Shown here: in pieces, positions 21,608 through 31,367 of the stretch
Position numbering within the stretch: the stretch's first letter is position 1
Layout of the letters: the number at the start of each line of letters is the position of its first letter
Origin: Candidatus Poseidoniaceae archaeon
Lineage (GTDB): Archaea; Thermoplasmatota; Poseidoniia; Poseidoniales; Poseidoniaceae
DNA: 64,000 nt
Assembly: GCA_949373095.1 (NCBI GenBank)
Contig: CASIBY010000005.1
Location: 110,955-174,954 of the forward strand
Reading direction: 5' to 3'
Translations under genes and position numbers: made by a program
The notes under the pieces: model-generated
The model's input: the letters and a program-made list of their open reading frames with translations, nothing else
Told to the model about the DNA's origin: nothing
Databases searched by the model: none

Positions 21608-22246
21608 TCAAATTCCATCCAAAAGAGCGTTGATATCGTTTCGGATTCCATTAAGGTCCCAATCATCACTAGTCCAACGGACACGTTGCATACCATCTCG
21701 GTCGACCAGTACAATTCCATCTGTATGTTCAACGTTGTAGTAAACTGTATGTCCACGGCCTTGAACTGATGTACTGTTGTTGCTTTCGAGTAAAGTCACG
21801 GTAATGTCAAAGTCGTTCCATACCTGTTCAATAGCAGAGAGGTTCTCATCGTTGAGGAAGGGCACAGTAACCATCGGCCATGATGTGTTGAAGGCATCCA
21901 TATAGTCAGTCAACGCAACTTCGTCGTCTCGCCAAGGATCCACTGTAATGGAAACAAATTCCAAATCATCTCCAATATTGGTGCTAAACTCTCCATACAA
22001 TACAGAGAGGTCTTGAGTTTGAGTTGGACAAACATCCCAACAGTTGGTCAGCATAAATTGGACCACAACGACCGATTCACTCCAGTTCTCAGAGCCATAT
22101 GTGTAGCCGTCATGATCATGCAATGAAAACGCATCATATCCAATTGGAACGATGTCTTCTCCGTCAAAAACATCAGGCTCAACAGCCGTACATCCACTTA
22201 GCATCATCAACGAAACGAAGACACAGCTGAGGCTGTAAGGCTTCAT
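21608..22246 (-). CDS. SCO1/SenC-family copper chaperone (lipoprotein-like)
   Basis: Lipobox-like LSGC, CWDVCP (CxxxC), SITVDPWRD, conserved His in VEHT. Confidence 0.85.
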   Translation of the reverse strand: MKPYSLSCVFVSLMMLSGCTAVEPDVFDGEDIVPIGYDAFSLHDHDGYTYGSENWSESVVVVQFMLTNCWDVCPTQTQDLSVLYGEFSTNIGDDLEFVSITVDPWRDDEVALTDYMDAFNTSWPMVTVPFLNDENLSAIEQVWNDFDITVTLLESNNSTSVQGRGHTVYYNVEHTDGIVLVDRDGMQRVRWTSDDWDLNGIRNDINALLDGI

Positions 22247-22255
22247 TGCATCCCC

Positions 22256-24565
22256 TCAATCTCGGGTCTTGAACATGAATCCAGCTCCAAGGAGTGTGAC
22301 CCACAGCCAAGAGAAGTCCCAAAAGACATCACCTATCGTTGAGGATTCATCTACGGAGTCCGGTGCATTGGTGTAGAGAACTTGAGCACCAAAGCCCCCT
22401 GGACCGCCCCCGCCACCTGGACCGCCAGCATCAGCATTGCTCATATCGGCCTCTCCATGATAGCAAAGTAGGAAGTATGGGAAACCAATCATAGGGACGG
22501 TTTGTGAATCAGTATTCACTACCGTTTTTGTGGAAGCGCTGATTGGCGTTGAAACATAGTAATAGGTTCCATCTGGATATTCAGGTGTTGGGCCAAACCG
22601 ACCGTTACACTGGTCCAAGTCCCCGAGGCCACTAACATAATTCCAATCATCGATTCCATTGTAACCTTGGTCTCCTCCCTCAGAAGAGCGTTCAACCTCG
22701 TAAGAGGATTTCATAGGAGCCACTTGTCCATTATCGTCCCAAGCGTACATTCCATAGATTGGATAACCGTCAAATGCCCATCCGATGATGGGGGAGTGTT
22801 GTGTTGAGTCAAGGTCTGTATAATCATAATTTACGATAGTCTGGCCATTTGGGTCATCCCAAAACTGGCACATAGCATCGTAGTGATAGTGTACGCCCGA
22901 AGGTCCATTGTGCGCCCCACAATAACCTAGGTCAATGGGCTGTCGGTCTTCATTGAAATAAAGGAACTCCAAAGCAACCGCGTCCCCACCTGGCCCTTCT
23001 TCGGGACCGAAAATCGGTACGCCGTTCACGGCAATACCAACAGGGCCACGAGCTGGAGCACACTCATATGCTCCATTTGAAGCAGGACAATTGGCGGATG
23101 AATGTCCACCGTCGGTGTCATTCACTGGCTCAAGAACGATGGTAAAGGACTCGCTTTGCTCCTCAGCATTTGCAGCAAATGCTGAGAGCCAGTTGTGGTT
23201 GGGAATTGAATTGGAGTTGATTTGCATCGTTGTGGACGTAAAGGATACCGAAACCTCGCATTGGAACCAAGGCCCTGAGCCTCCTCCACCGCCTTCCTGT
23301 CCATCACCACGTGTATTCGCCGTGTAGCTATTTCCGTCCCCATTGAGGTCTTTAGCCCACGCACCTTGTCCATTGAGACAGAGGAATGAGTCTTCATGTG
23401 ACCAGTCTGGTATTGGGCATCCATCAGCACCCACTGCAGTTCCAGCAGGTGTATTGGGGCACTGGTCTACAGCATCGTTAACGGTATCACCGTCGGTATC
23501 ACGTTGAGACGGTGAACATCCGGTGGCATCAGCAGCCTCGTTTGCGGGAGTTGCCGGACAGAGATCTGCAGCATTGTTCACACCGTCATTGTCATCGTCC
23601 AATTGACTTTGTGAGCATCCGTTAGCGTCCACTGATTCATTCGGCATTGTATTTGGACAGGCATCCATGTCATTCATGATTCCATCTTCATCATCATCGG
23701 TTTCAGAGTCTGAACATCCAGTCGAATAGACGGGTTCCCCTTCGGGAGTTGAAGGGCATTGATCTGAGTCATCAAGGACTGCGTCACCATCTGCATCCCC
23801 AACTGGCTCTGGAGGCATAGGCAAGACAACCCTCACAGTGAGATCTGTTTGGGTGAAAATACCACACTCGGAAATGATATCCCCTTCGGTATTGTGTGAC
23901 TCGGTGTTAACGATGATTTCGTAAGCTCCTGTGCTTTCATTAATTTGACTTCCAACGAGAAGAGCTGGACTTTGGCCAAGAGGGTGATATTCTACGGTAC
24001 AAGAACCGGGGAACTGATGTAAAACCAGTCCACTAAGTGTCCCGTTGGTCTCATTCTCAACTGGCTCATCCCACCGGAACGTCAGTGTTACTTGTTGTTC
24101 AAGAGGAGCGACAATAATCAATTCACTGAGCATCTTTTCACTAACCTGTTGTTCATCATCAACAGCAATCAATTCAACAATCCATTCCCCTGGGTCTTGG
24201 AGTGAGGTCTCAACCGACCATGCACCATTCGAAGCAGGAGTAATGTTGTAGGCAGTGAGTTCTGCAAAATTAGGGTCAAGCATTCGCACGGAAAGTGATG
24301 TATTTTGAGGGACTTCGTCAGTTACGAAACCTGAAAGGGTGGCGTTCTCACCCGTCCAATCCATTGAAACTACAGCAGAGGTCAAAACGACGGGAGGATT
24401 GTTTACAATCACCGTAGTATCTTGTTCGGAGACTACGGGTTCATCCTGTTCCTCTTCGCTCGTTGAATCCATAGCAACAAGGGAAAAACCTGCCCCTATG
24501 AGAAGGAATGCTAGAACCAAACTAAGCACGAGAGACTTTGAGTCCATGCCGTCAATGTTCCCCAT
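22256..24565 (-). CDS. Membrane-anchored YHYH-domain protein with thrombospondin type 3 repeats
   Basis: N-terminal TM helix, DxDxDG...D.CP.TP.....D..GC repeats, SIPNH, GIAVNGVPIF, GAH...HYHY, HSPIIGWAFDGYPIYG, DLDQCNGR...TPEYP.GTYYY, FPY; C-terminal TM helix. Start uncertain (24565, 24547 or 24598). Confidence 0.85.
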   Translation of the reverse strand: MGNIDGMDSKSLVLSLVLAFLLIGAGFSLVAMDSTSEEEQDEPVVSEQDTTVIVNNPPVVLTSAVVSMDWTGENATLSGFVTDEVPQNTSLSVRMLDPNFAELTAYNITPASNGAWSVETSLQDPGEWIVELIAVDDEQQVSEKMLSELIIVAPLEQQVTLTFRWDEPVENETNGTLSGLVLHQFPGSCTVEYHPLGQSPALLVGSQINESTGAYEIIVNTESHNTEGDIISECGIFTQTDLTVRVVLPMPPEPVGDADGDAVLDDSDQCPSTPEGEPVYSTGCSDSETDDDEDGIMNDMDACPNTMPNESVDANGCSQSQLDDDNDGVNNAADLCPATPANEAADATGCSPSQRDTDGDTVNDAVDQCPNTPAGTAVGADGCPIPDWSHEDSFLCLNGQGAWAKDLNGDGNSYTANTRGDGQEGGGGGSGPWFQCEVSVSFTSTTMQINSNSIPNHNWLSAFAANAEEQSESFTIVLEPVNDTDGGHSSANCPASNGAYECAPARGPVGIAVNGVPIFGPEEGPGGDAVALEFLYFNEDRQPIDLGYCGAHNGPSGVHYHYDAMCQFWDDPNGQTIVNYDYTDLDSTQHSPIIGWAFDGYPIYGMYAWDDNGQVAPMKSSYEVERSSEGGDQGYNGIDDWNYVSGLGDLDQCNGRFGPTPEYPDGTYYYVSTPISASTKTVVNTDSQTVPMIGFPYFLLCYHGEADMSNADAGGPGGGGGPGGFGAQVLYTNAPDSVDESSTIGDVFWDFSWLWVTLLGAGFMFKTRD

Positions 24566-24578
24566 ACCGCATATAGTA

Positions 24579-25463
24579 CTAGCGGGGGGGAGCGTCATCC
24601 ATTACCAGGGACAAATCGTGAAAGTTACGGGGTCTTTTCCTTGAGAATAAATTCAACCAACTCAACATATAGAACATAAGGCTACGCTCTATTAGCCATG
24701 CAGGAATGTTGGATTCCTTCGTCTTGTGAAGCGCTGATAAATCACTCCAATGTTCCCGAGGAAATTCATGATGAGCCGAATGATAACCGATGTTAAACCA
24801 AATCAAATTGACTGCCCCTGTGAAATTACGAGAGTAATCGAGGGTTGAGGGTTGACTGGCTTCTGGACCAGAACTCGGACGGGCCCCTGCATGTTGTAAG
24901 TAGTTGGCTCCAAGCAACCAGTGAAGACCGTGCATTTGAGGGAGGAACACCAGGATGAACCAAAGTTGCAAATTCACTGAAGCCAGAATGATGGTAGATG
25001 TTCCGATGAGGATGACTTCAAAAAGCGGTTGATAATCACTTTTTTTACTTCGTTTCCTAAGGTATTTCAGAGAGGTCGGCACGACAACGGTCAAGGCTTG
25101 GAACGGATGAAGCAAGTACCCCAAGAGATGATTGTGATGTCCCCCAAAACGATAGGTCCGAGTCTCATCGTCTGGACCGTGGTTAAAGCGGTGATGATTA
25201 CCAATATGAGACGGGAAGAAAACATAAGACGGAATGCCTTGAATGACGCTCAGATAGGCGTCCGTGAGGCGATTAAGAGGCTTCAATCGCCACATTCGAA
25301 GATGAGTATGATTGTGTTGAACCACGGAAAGGCCGACCGAGAGAACCAGCATGAGCAGATAGAGATACCACTGAATCCCGTAAATCCACTGCCAGGCCAT
25401 CAGAGATGGATACAGGACCATGTAGACCAATGATTGAAGATCCGCCCAACGAACCAGCATCAT
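24579..25463 (-). CDS. Membrane fatty-acid desaturase-superfamily diiron enzyme
   Basis: His boxes HNHTH, HIGNHH, NYLQH and NIGYHSAHH; several TM segments; start overlaps the upstream stop (TGATG). Confidence 0.85.
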   Translation of the reverse strand: MMLVRWADLQSLVYMVLYPSLMAWQWIYGIQWYLYLLMLVLSVGLSVVQHNHTHLRMWRLKPLNRLTDAYLSVIQGIPSYVFFPSHIGNHHRFNHGPDDETRTYRFGGHHNHLLGYLLHPFQALTVVVPTSLKYLRKRSKKSDYQPLFEVILIGTSTIILASVNLQLWFILVFLPQMHGLHWLLGANYLQHAGARPSSGPEASQPSTLDYSRNFTGAVNLIWFNIGYHSAHHEFPREHWSDLSALHKTKESNIPAWLIERSLMFYMLSWLNLFSRKRPRNFHDLSLVMDDAPPR

Positions 25464-26383
25464 CAGTTCTCCAATCCAAGATTGAGCCGCATTTTCTCAA
25501 GATGGGCATGGACGTGCTCAACAAAAAAGCCGTGCATCAAAAAACGGTATGAGAGCCCTGTAGGCCCGACAAGAATCATAGGGAACCGGTTGTAAGCAAT
25601 ATCAGCAAAATGAGTAGCACCAACAATGTCATCAATCAATAGGCCGACTGAATGATCGAATTGAAACGAATTGATTGCTGCCTCGTATTCCTTTGCGGTG
25701 AGCCAGAAACAAAATGAAGTTTTGAACAGTTCATGTGCTGTTTCAAAATCCAAGAATTGCGTCCATTTCTTTCGCTGAGTACTGTAGTCAACCTGAACGG
25801 GCTGCCAGTTCGCCCATGAGAGTTCTCTGTCCTCAATCGGCCATAGTGTGCGGTCGGGTTCCTCAAGGTCTCGCATGGTCATCAATACCCCCTGATCGTG
25901 ATGAACGAAGGTCTGCACCATCAAGTCCCGTATCATCTTTGGATAGATGAGAACCGGTTCAACATCTTCCTTCCCCGAATTATCAATCACGAAATTCAGT
26001 AAATTGCTTTCAGCTTGGAAATGTCTTAGGATGAGAACATTAGCCTCCGGGCGAACAAAGTTCTTCATGAAAAAGCAAATCTGCCATTGCAGGAAACGAT
26101 GTGCTTTCCATTGGATTGGAATGAGCCGCTTGACATAATAGGTGATATGAAGCGTGATTGTGAGAAGAATCCGGAGGGTTGGTAAGATGATAATTCGTAG
26201 TGGATTCTTGAGGTCCTTCAACCAAAACTCCTTGGCTTCATCATCAAGAGGCAAACTTTTGTCACCGGTCAAGGCATCAGAAAGTGTTGCAGGCATCCTG
26301 CCATGATTCCCCGACATCATCTTTGCACGCTTACGCTGCATTCGTTGTTCCTTACGGCTTAGGGGTCTTTCATTCAAGCTCAT
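25463..26383 (-). CDS. Conserved hypothetical protein (resembles the DUF6999-type proteins found next to StlD/DarB-like ketosynthases)
   Basis: Motifs FVRPEANVLILRHF.AES, FVHHD, DFETA, NSFQFD. Family name is from recollection and context only. Confidence 0.55.
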   Translation of the reverse strand: MSLNERPLSRKEQRMQRKRAKMMSGNHGRMPATLSDALTGDKSLPLDDEAKEFWLKDLKNPLRIIILPTLRILLTITLHITYYVKRLIPIQWKAHRFLQWQICFFMKNFVRPEANVLILRHFQAESNLLNFVIDNSGKEDVEPVLIYPKMIRDLMVQTFVHHDQGVLMTMRDLEEPDRTLWPIEDRELSWANWQPVQVDYSTQRKKWTQFLDFETAHELFKTSFCFWLTAKEYEAAINSFQFDHSVGLLIDDIVGATHFADIAYNRFPMILVGPTGLSYRFLMHGFFVEHVHAHLEKMRLNLGLEN

Positions 26384-27119
26384 GTTCTACTTCCTCCAGT
26401 TGTAGTCGGTACAATCGTGCAACGACTCGAGATGTTTTGATAATTGAACGAACTGTTAATTCATCCACGCATACCTCGTTCAGCATGTCGTAAAAACGTT
26501 CCATATGGTCCCCGTCATTATGTCCGTGGTAGGTCATGAAGCGAGTTGAATCCTCACCAAGCCCTGTTAGTTCCTGAATACGTTCAGCCCAAGAACGAGC
26601 CATCTTTTCTCCCAGTCCCTCAATAATCCACATCGCACCCAAGAGGTCAACAGGATTGGGACGGGATGAGCGGTGCATCAGAAAACCATGAAGGGCTTCT
26701 GAACCAACGTTCCGTTCCATCCCCAAAATGTCATTCAAGATTCCACCAGAGGCAACATAATCCTTTTCCAACAGTTCGTAATCACGGTGTTCATCTACAG
26801 CATGGCTAATGATTGTTGAACGAATTTCTGCATGATCCCGGTCAAAACTACTCGCAGTACGCGTAATCCAACGTGAGCCCTCAATAACCTGCTGCCTGAG
26901 GTTCCTCAACAAACAGAGATGGTCGTTAACCGTGTAGGTTCCTAAATCGATACGGCGTAGTAGGGGGACCGTTGAAAGGTCTCGTTCAAATCCCAACCAA
27001 ACTCTCAGAAGTTGTTGTAGGCAACGTTGAGCGTGGGGATTCAAATCTCGCTCATTCTTCGAATTCAAGGGTTCTGTGTGGCCAAGACTGCCATCAATCG
27101 CTATTTCACCGTCGTTCAT
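26370..27119 (-). CDS. Heme-oxygenase-like diiron ('iron-containing redox enzyme') protein
   Basis: Helical protein with candidate metal ligands QQVIEG, HAVDEHRD, WIIEGLG and YHGHNDGDH. Confidence 0.8.
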   Translation of the reverse strand: MNDGEIAIDGSLGHTEPLNSKNERDLNPHAQRCLQQLLRVWLGFERDLSTVPLLRRIDLGTYTVNDHLCLLRNLRQQVIEGSRWITRTASSFDRDHAEIRSTIISHAVDEHRDYELLEKDYVASGGILNDILGMERNVGSEALHGFLMHRSSRPNPVDLLGAMWIIEGLGEKMARSWAERIQELTGLGEDSTRFMTYHGHNDGDHMERFYDMLNEVCVDELTVRSIIKTSRVVARLYRLQLEEVEHELE

Positions 27120-28252
27120 GATCTCACCGCCGTCAGTTGCATGTATGTTGTATTGAACCGTCCGCTTTCAGGAACAAAACAAAGAATAGTATCTCCATCA
27201 CTGATGGCGACGTCTTCGGTTCTAAGAAATTCATCGATCATGATGAATAAGGAAGCGGCTCCTGTATTTCCCCGAGTGTAGAGGTTGGTCCACCAGCGCT
27301 CTTCAGGTATACCAACTCCGGCGGCATCAAGTAAATCCAAAATTTTGTCCTTGAAATGGTGGCTGGAATAATGGCACAAGAAATGATCGATTTCACTCGG
27401 GACACTGATACCGTTTTCCACGAGTCTAAGATATCCATCCACCCCCATGCGAACAATGTTGTCAAGCAATCGAACTTCTTGGCGAAGGAGGAGGGCTCCA
27501 GCCTTCTCTGCTTCACCGTAGGTATCGTAATCCTGCCACGTCCGTTCGTCATCGGGAAGTCCCGCAGAACCGACGCTCATACATGTTGGAAGGGCATGTG
27601 CATGAGAGAAACCATGAATCCAATCAATTCGGAAACTGAATCCCTTCGGAGCAGGTTTGTCCTGTAAAAGCAAGGCACCAGCTCCATCAGAAAGCATCCA
27701 GCGAAGAAATTCAGTATTGAAATCAATTCGTTTGGAAGCATATGTCGATTCTGTTGCAGCCTCATAGCGTTGCTTCTTGAGAAGACGGCTTGAGAGTTCA
27801 CTCGAAACTACAACGGCTGCTTCGTGGTCGCCCAAACGAAGGCTGTTCCATGCGGCTTTAAGAGCCATCATAGATGATGAACAAATCCCATGGGTAGTCA
27901 AAATTTCAATCGCTGGAAGGCCCAATTCAGCTTGGACCATACTCGCCATTCCGGGGGCTGGGAGGTCACCTTGGGTTGAAGCGACTGCAAGCATTCCGAT
28001 TTTATCCCGGGTTAGGAAAGCTCTGTCAAGACACTGTTCAGCCGCATTTGCAGCCATTTCCGTATTGCTATGTGTTGTTTTTTGGTTCCCATCAATGGCG
28101 TAATGGCGGGTTTCAATTTTATTCGCTTTTTGGATTTGAACACGAAGCGAAGAAGGCTTTCCATGAACTGCTCCCAAAATCCCTTCAACTTCACCAACTG
28201 AAATCGGCGGACCTGGAAGAAAGGCTCCGGTGCTGGTAATGTAAACCGTCAT
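27116..28252 (-). CDS. StlD/DarB-like beta-ketoacyl synthase (KAS III/thiolase fold)
   Basis: Cys-His-Asn triad (HGICSSSM, FLCHYSS, RGNTGAAS), EFLRWMLSDGAGA, C-terminal VPESGRF. Confidence 0.85.
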   Translation of the reverse strand: MTVYITSTGAFLPGPPISVGEVEGILGAVHGKPSSLRVQIQKANKIETRHYAIDGNQKTTHSNTEMAANAAEQCLDRAFLTRDKIGMLAVASTQGDLPAPGMASMVQAELGLPAIEILTTHGICSSSMMALKAAWNSLRLGDHEAAVVVSSELSSRLLKKQRYEAATESTYASKRIDFNTEFLRWMLSDGAGALLLQDKPAPKGFSFRIDWIHGFSHAHALPTCMSVGSAGLPDDERTWQDYDTYGEAEKAGALLLRQEVRLLDNIVRMGVDGYLRLVENGISVPSEIDHFLCHYSSHHFKDKILDLLDAAGVGIPEERWWTNLYTRGNTGAASLFIMIDEFLRTEDVAISDGDTILCFVPESGRFNTTYMQLTAVRS

Positions 28253-28833
28253 GCATCCACCTGAGGTTTGCCGTGTTTCTTCTCATAAGCATAACATCGC
28301 CACCATTCCTGCATGTAGGGGAACACGACAAAGACGGCCATGAGTACCATGTAGAATGTTGCATAGTTACCGGAGTCACCTAGAGGTTCCTTTCTCCATT
28401 CGATACTAAATCCACCGCCCCAATTGAGAGTTGCCGTATCGAGGAACACCTCCCACTTGCGAACGATGATGAGAAGAATTAGGAAGAAAGGGAGGGTCGC
28501 CAGATAGTTGTGAGCATGAACCTCCCAAATGGAGATTTCTCGTTTACCCGTTGCGAAATGGACATCATAGTGCGCTACAACTTCGTGAGCAATGAGGGCA
28601 GCGAAACAGAGCAACATGATGAGGACATTAACTTCAAACAGAAGCGAGAGAACAAGAGGGATGCAGATTTGAACCCCCATTAGGCAGTGGATATATGCTT
28701 CTTTCAATCCGGATGTCTTTTCTATCTCGGTATTGCGATGGCACCACCAGTCAAGCATTCCGGCAACCCCCCACAGAGGAAGAAGGACGTACAAAATAAC
28801 ATTCAGGACTAATGTGGCTTCATCCATTGACAT
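28249..28833 (-). CDS. His-rich integral membrane protein of unknown function
   Basis: About five TM segments; DWWCH, EAYIH, HEVVAHYD, EVHAH motifs; ATGA overlap with the ketosynthase gene. Confidence 0.7.
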   Translation of the reverse strand: MSMDEATLVLNVILYVLLPLWGVAGMLDWWCHRNTEIEKTSGLKEAYIHCLMGVQICIPLVLSLLFEVNVLIMLLCFAALIAHEVVAHYDVHFATGKREISIWEVHAHNYLATLPFFLILLIIVRKWEVFLDTATLNWGGGFSIEWRKEPLGDSGNYATFYMVLMAVFVVFPYMQEWWRCYAYEKKHGKPQVDA

Positions 28834-28911
28834 GCCTCAGACATTCCATGTAGATTCCCCAATTAAAGGAATCTCCGGCGCGCATACCCTCTACGAGGGT
28901 TCAGCCTACAA

Positions 28912-31305
28912 TCAAGAGCCACACATCAAGCAGTCATCAGGGGTATCGAGACTGCATGCAATTGCTTCAAGGCTGTCAACATCTTCTGCCCGCTCTGCGA
29001 GTCCACCGACAGTTTGGTCGTCTTTGGCCTTGGATTCTAGCGTGAACTGAATTGCGTCGGCGGCAGCCTTTGTTCGCAGATAGTACATTCCGGTCTTCAG
29101 ACCTTGCTTCCATCCGTAGAAATGCATTGAGGTGACCTTTGCAGGGTTTGCATCGACCATGTGGATGTTCAAGGATTGACTTTGGTCAATGTATGCACCG
29201 CGGTCGGCAGCCATGTCCAAGACGTGACGTTGACTGATTTCCCAAGTGGTCTTGTAGAGGCTGCGGATGTGTTCAGAGATGTTTGCAATCGCTTGAATGG
29301 AACCCTTATGTCGCAAGATCTCGTTCTTCATTTCAATACTCCAAAGGCCTTCCTTGATGAGGTCGCGGACCAGATGTTGGTTGAGCACGACGAATTCTCC
29401 AGAAAGGGTGCGGCGGACGTAAAGGTTGGATGTGAATGCTTCAAAGCATTCGTTGTTTCCAAGAATTTGAGACGTTGAAGCTGTTGGCATAGGAGCAACT
29501 AACAGAGAGTTACGCATTCCGTGTTCAACGATCTCTTCCTTGAGTGAACCCCAATCCCAGCGACCACTGTGTTCGTTCATGCCCCACAAATCAAATTGCA
29601 GGATTCCCTTGCTTGCTGGTGAACCTTTGAAGGTTGAATAAGGACCTTCTGCGATAGATGCATCTTTTGAAGCAGTGCAAGCGGCAAAGTAAATCGTCTC
29701 AAAGATTTCTTTGTTCAATGAGCGAGCTTGGGGGCCGTCGAAGGCTATTCCAAGCATAGCAAAGGTGTCTGCAAGGCCCTGTACGCCCAGTCCAATCGGC
29801 CGGTGGCGCATGTTTGAGTTCCGTGCTTCCTCTACCGGGTAGTAATTGACATCGATTACACGGTTCAGGTTCCCCGTAGCGTGATAGGTCACGTCGTAGA
29901 GTTTCTGGTGGTCGAACTCACCACTGCTCATGTTAACGAACTTAGGCAAGGCGATAGAGGCAAGATTGCAAACAGCAACTTCGTCCTTTGCAGTGTATTC
30001 CATAATCTCAGTGCAGAGGTTTGAGGAACGGATAGTACCCAAGTTCTTTTGATTGGACTTGTTGTTTGCCGCATCCTTGTAAAGCATGTAAGGTGTACCG
30101 GTTTCGATCTGTGATTCAACTATTTTATCCCAAATGGTTCGTGCAGGAACAGTCTCGCGAGCGAGTCCTCGGCGTTCGAAATCCTCAAACATAGCCTTGA
30201 ATTCGTCGCCATAGACATCTTGCAAACCTGGGCATTCATTCGGACAGAACAAGGACCAGTCTGCGTTTTGTTCAACGCGTTCCATGAACAAGTCTGGTGT
30301 CCACATTGCGTAAAACAGGTCACGCGCTCGGAGTTCTTCCTTACCATGGTTCTTCTTGAGGTCCAAGAATTGGAGGATATCAGGATGCCACGGTTCAAGG
30401 TAAACTGCGATTGACCCCTTACGCTTACCGCCGCCTTGGTCAACATAGCGGGCTGTGTCGTTGAATACGCGTAGCATTGGAACGATTCCATTGGAAGTCC
30501 CGTTCGTACCCTTGATGTATGAACCTCTTGAACGCACATGATGAATGGACAAGCCAATTCCACCTGCTGACTTGGAGATCAGAGCACACTGCTTGAGCGT
30601 GTCATAGATTCCGTCCAGTGAATCGTCCTGCATGGTCAACAAAAAGCAAGAAGACATTTGAGGCATTGGCGTTCCCGAGTTGAACAAGGTTGGAGTTGCG
30701 TGAGTGAAGTAACCTTGACTCATGAGGTCGTAGGTTTCGAGGGCACGAGGGATGTTGTTGTAATGGATCCCAACGGAAACACGCATCAACATATGTTGAG
30801 GGCGTTCTGCAATTTCACCATTCAGTCGGAGAAGGTACGAGCGTTCCAAGGTTTTGAAACCGAAGTAGTCGTAATTGTTGTCACGTGAATAGTCAACGTG
30901 GTTGTTCAATACATCTGCATTCTCCATGATTACATCAAACACTTCTTCCGAAATCAATGGTGCGTGCTTTCCAGATTCCGGGTCGATGTAATCGCGCAGA
31001 TCGGTAATCACGTCAGTGAAGGTTTCTTTTGTTGCACGGTGCAAATCATCAACACAAATACGAGCTGCAAGACGGCTGTATTCGGGGTGTTGGGATGCCA
31101 GTGATGCAGCCGTTTCAGCTGCGAGTTGGTCGAGTTCACGAGTGGTCACACCGTCGTACAGGCCTTCGATGGTGAGTTTGGTAACGTGCCCAGGGTCAAC
31201 CCATTTTGAGTTCAATCCTTCAGAGAGTGTTGTCAGTTTTTCGAGGATTGCATCAAAGCGCACATCCTCTCTTTCGCCTTTCCTATTTACTACTTGCATG
31301 GCCAT
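28912..31305 (-). CDS. nrdA: Class Ia ribonucleotide reductase alpha subunit with ATP cone
   Basis: V.NRKG.RE ATP cone, [43 protein letters not shown]-terminal CLMCGS. Start set at ATG 31305 after GGAGG. Confidence 0.96.
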   Translation of the reverse strand: MAMQVVNRKGEREDVRFDAILEKLTTLSEGLNSKWVDPGHVTKLTIEGLYDGVTTRELDQLAAETAASLASQHPEYSRLAARICVDDLHRATKETFTDVITDLRDYIDPESGKHAPLISEEVFDVIMENADVLNNHVDYSRDNNYDYFGFKTLERSYLLRLNGEIAERPQHMLMRVSVGIHYNNIPRALETYDLMSQGYFTHATPTLFNSGTPMPQMSSCFLLTMQDDSLDGIYDTLKQCALISKSAGGIGLSIHHVRSRGSYIKGTNGTSNGIVPMLRVFNDTARYVDQGGGKRKGSIAVYLEPWHPDILQFLDLKKNHGKEELRARDLFYAMWTPDLFMERVEQNADWSLFCPNECPGLQDVYGDEFKAMFEDFERRGLARETVPARTIWDKIVESQIETGTPYMLYKDAANNKSNQKNLGTIRSSNLCTEIMEYTAKDEVAVCNLASIALPKFVNMSSGEFDHQKLYDVTYHATGNLNRVIDVNYYPVEEARNSNMRHRPIGLGVQGLADTFAMLGIAFDGPQARSLNKEIFETIYFAACTASKDASIAEGPYSTFKGSPASKGILQFDLWGMNEHSGRWDWGSLKEEIVEHGMRNSLLVAPMPTASTSQILGNNECFEAFTSNLYVRRTLSGEFVVLNQHLVRDLIKEGLWSIEMKNEILRHKGSIQAIANISEHIRSLYKTTWEISQRHVLDMAADRGAYIDQSQSLNIHMVDANPAKVTSMHFYGWKQGLKTGMYYLRTKAAADAIQFTLESKAKDDQTVGGLAERAEDVDSLEAIACSLDTPDDCLMCGS

Positions 31306-31367
31306 GTATATTTCCTCCAGATTCGGTGAGTGTGATTGCGTGGTAAGTTCCCTTGTTCGCGTACGGT

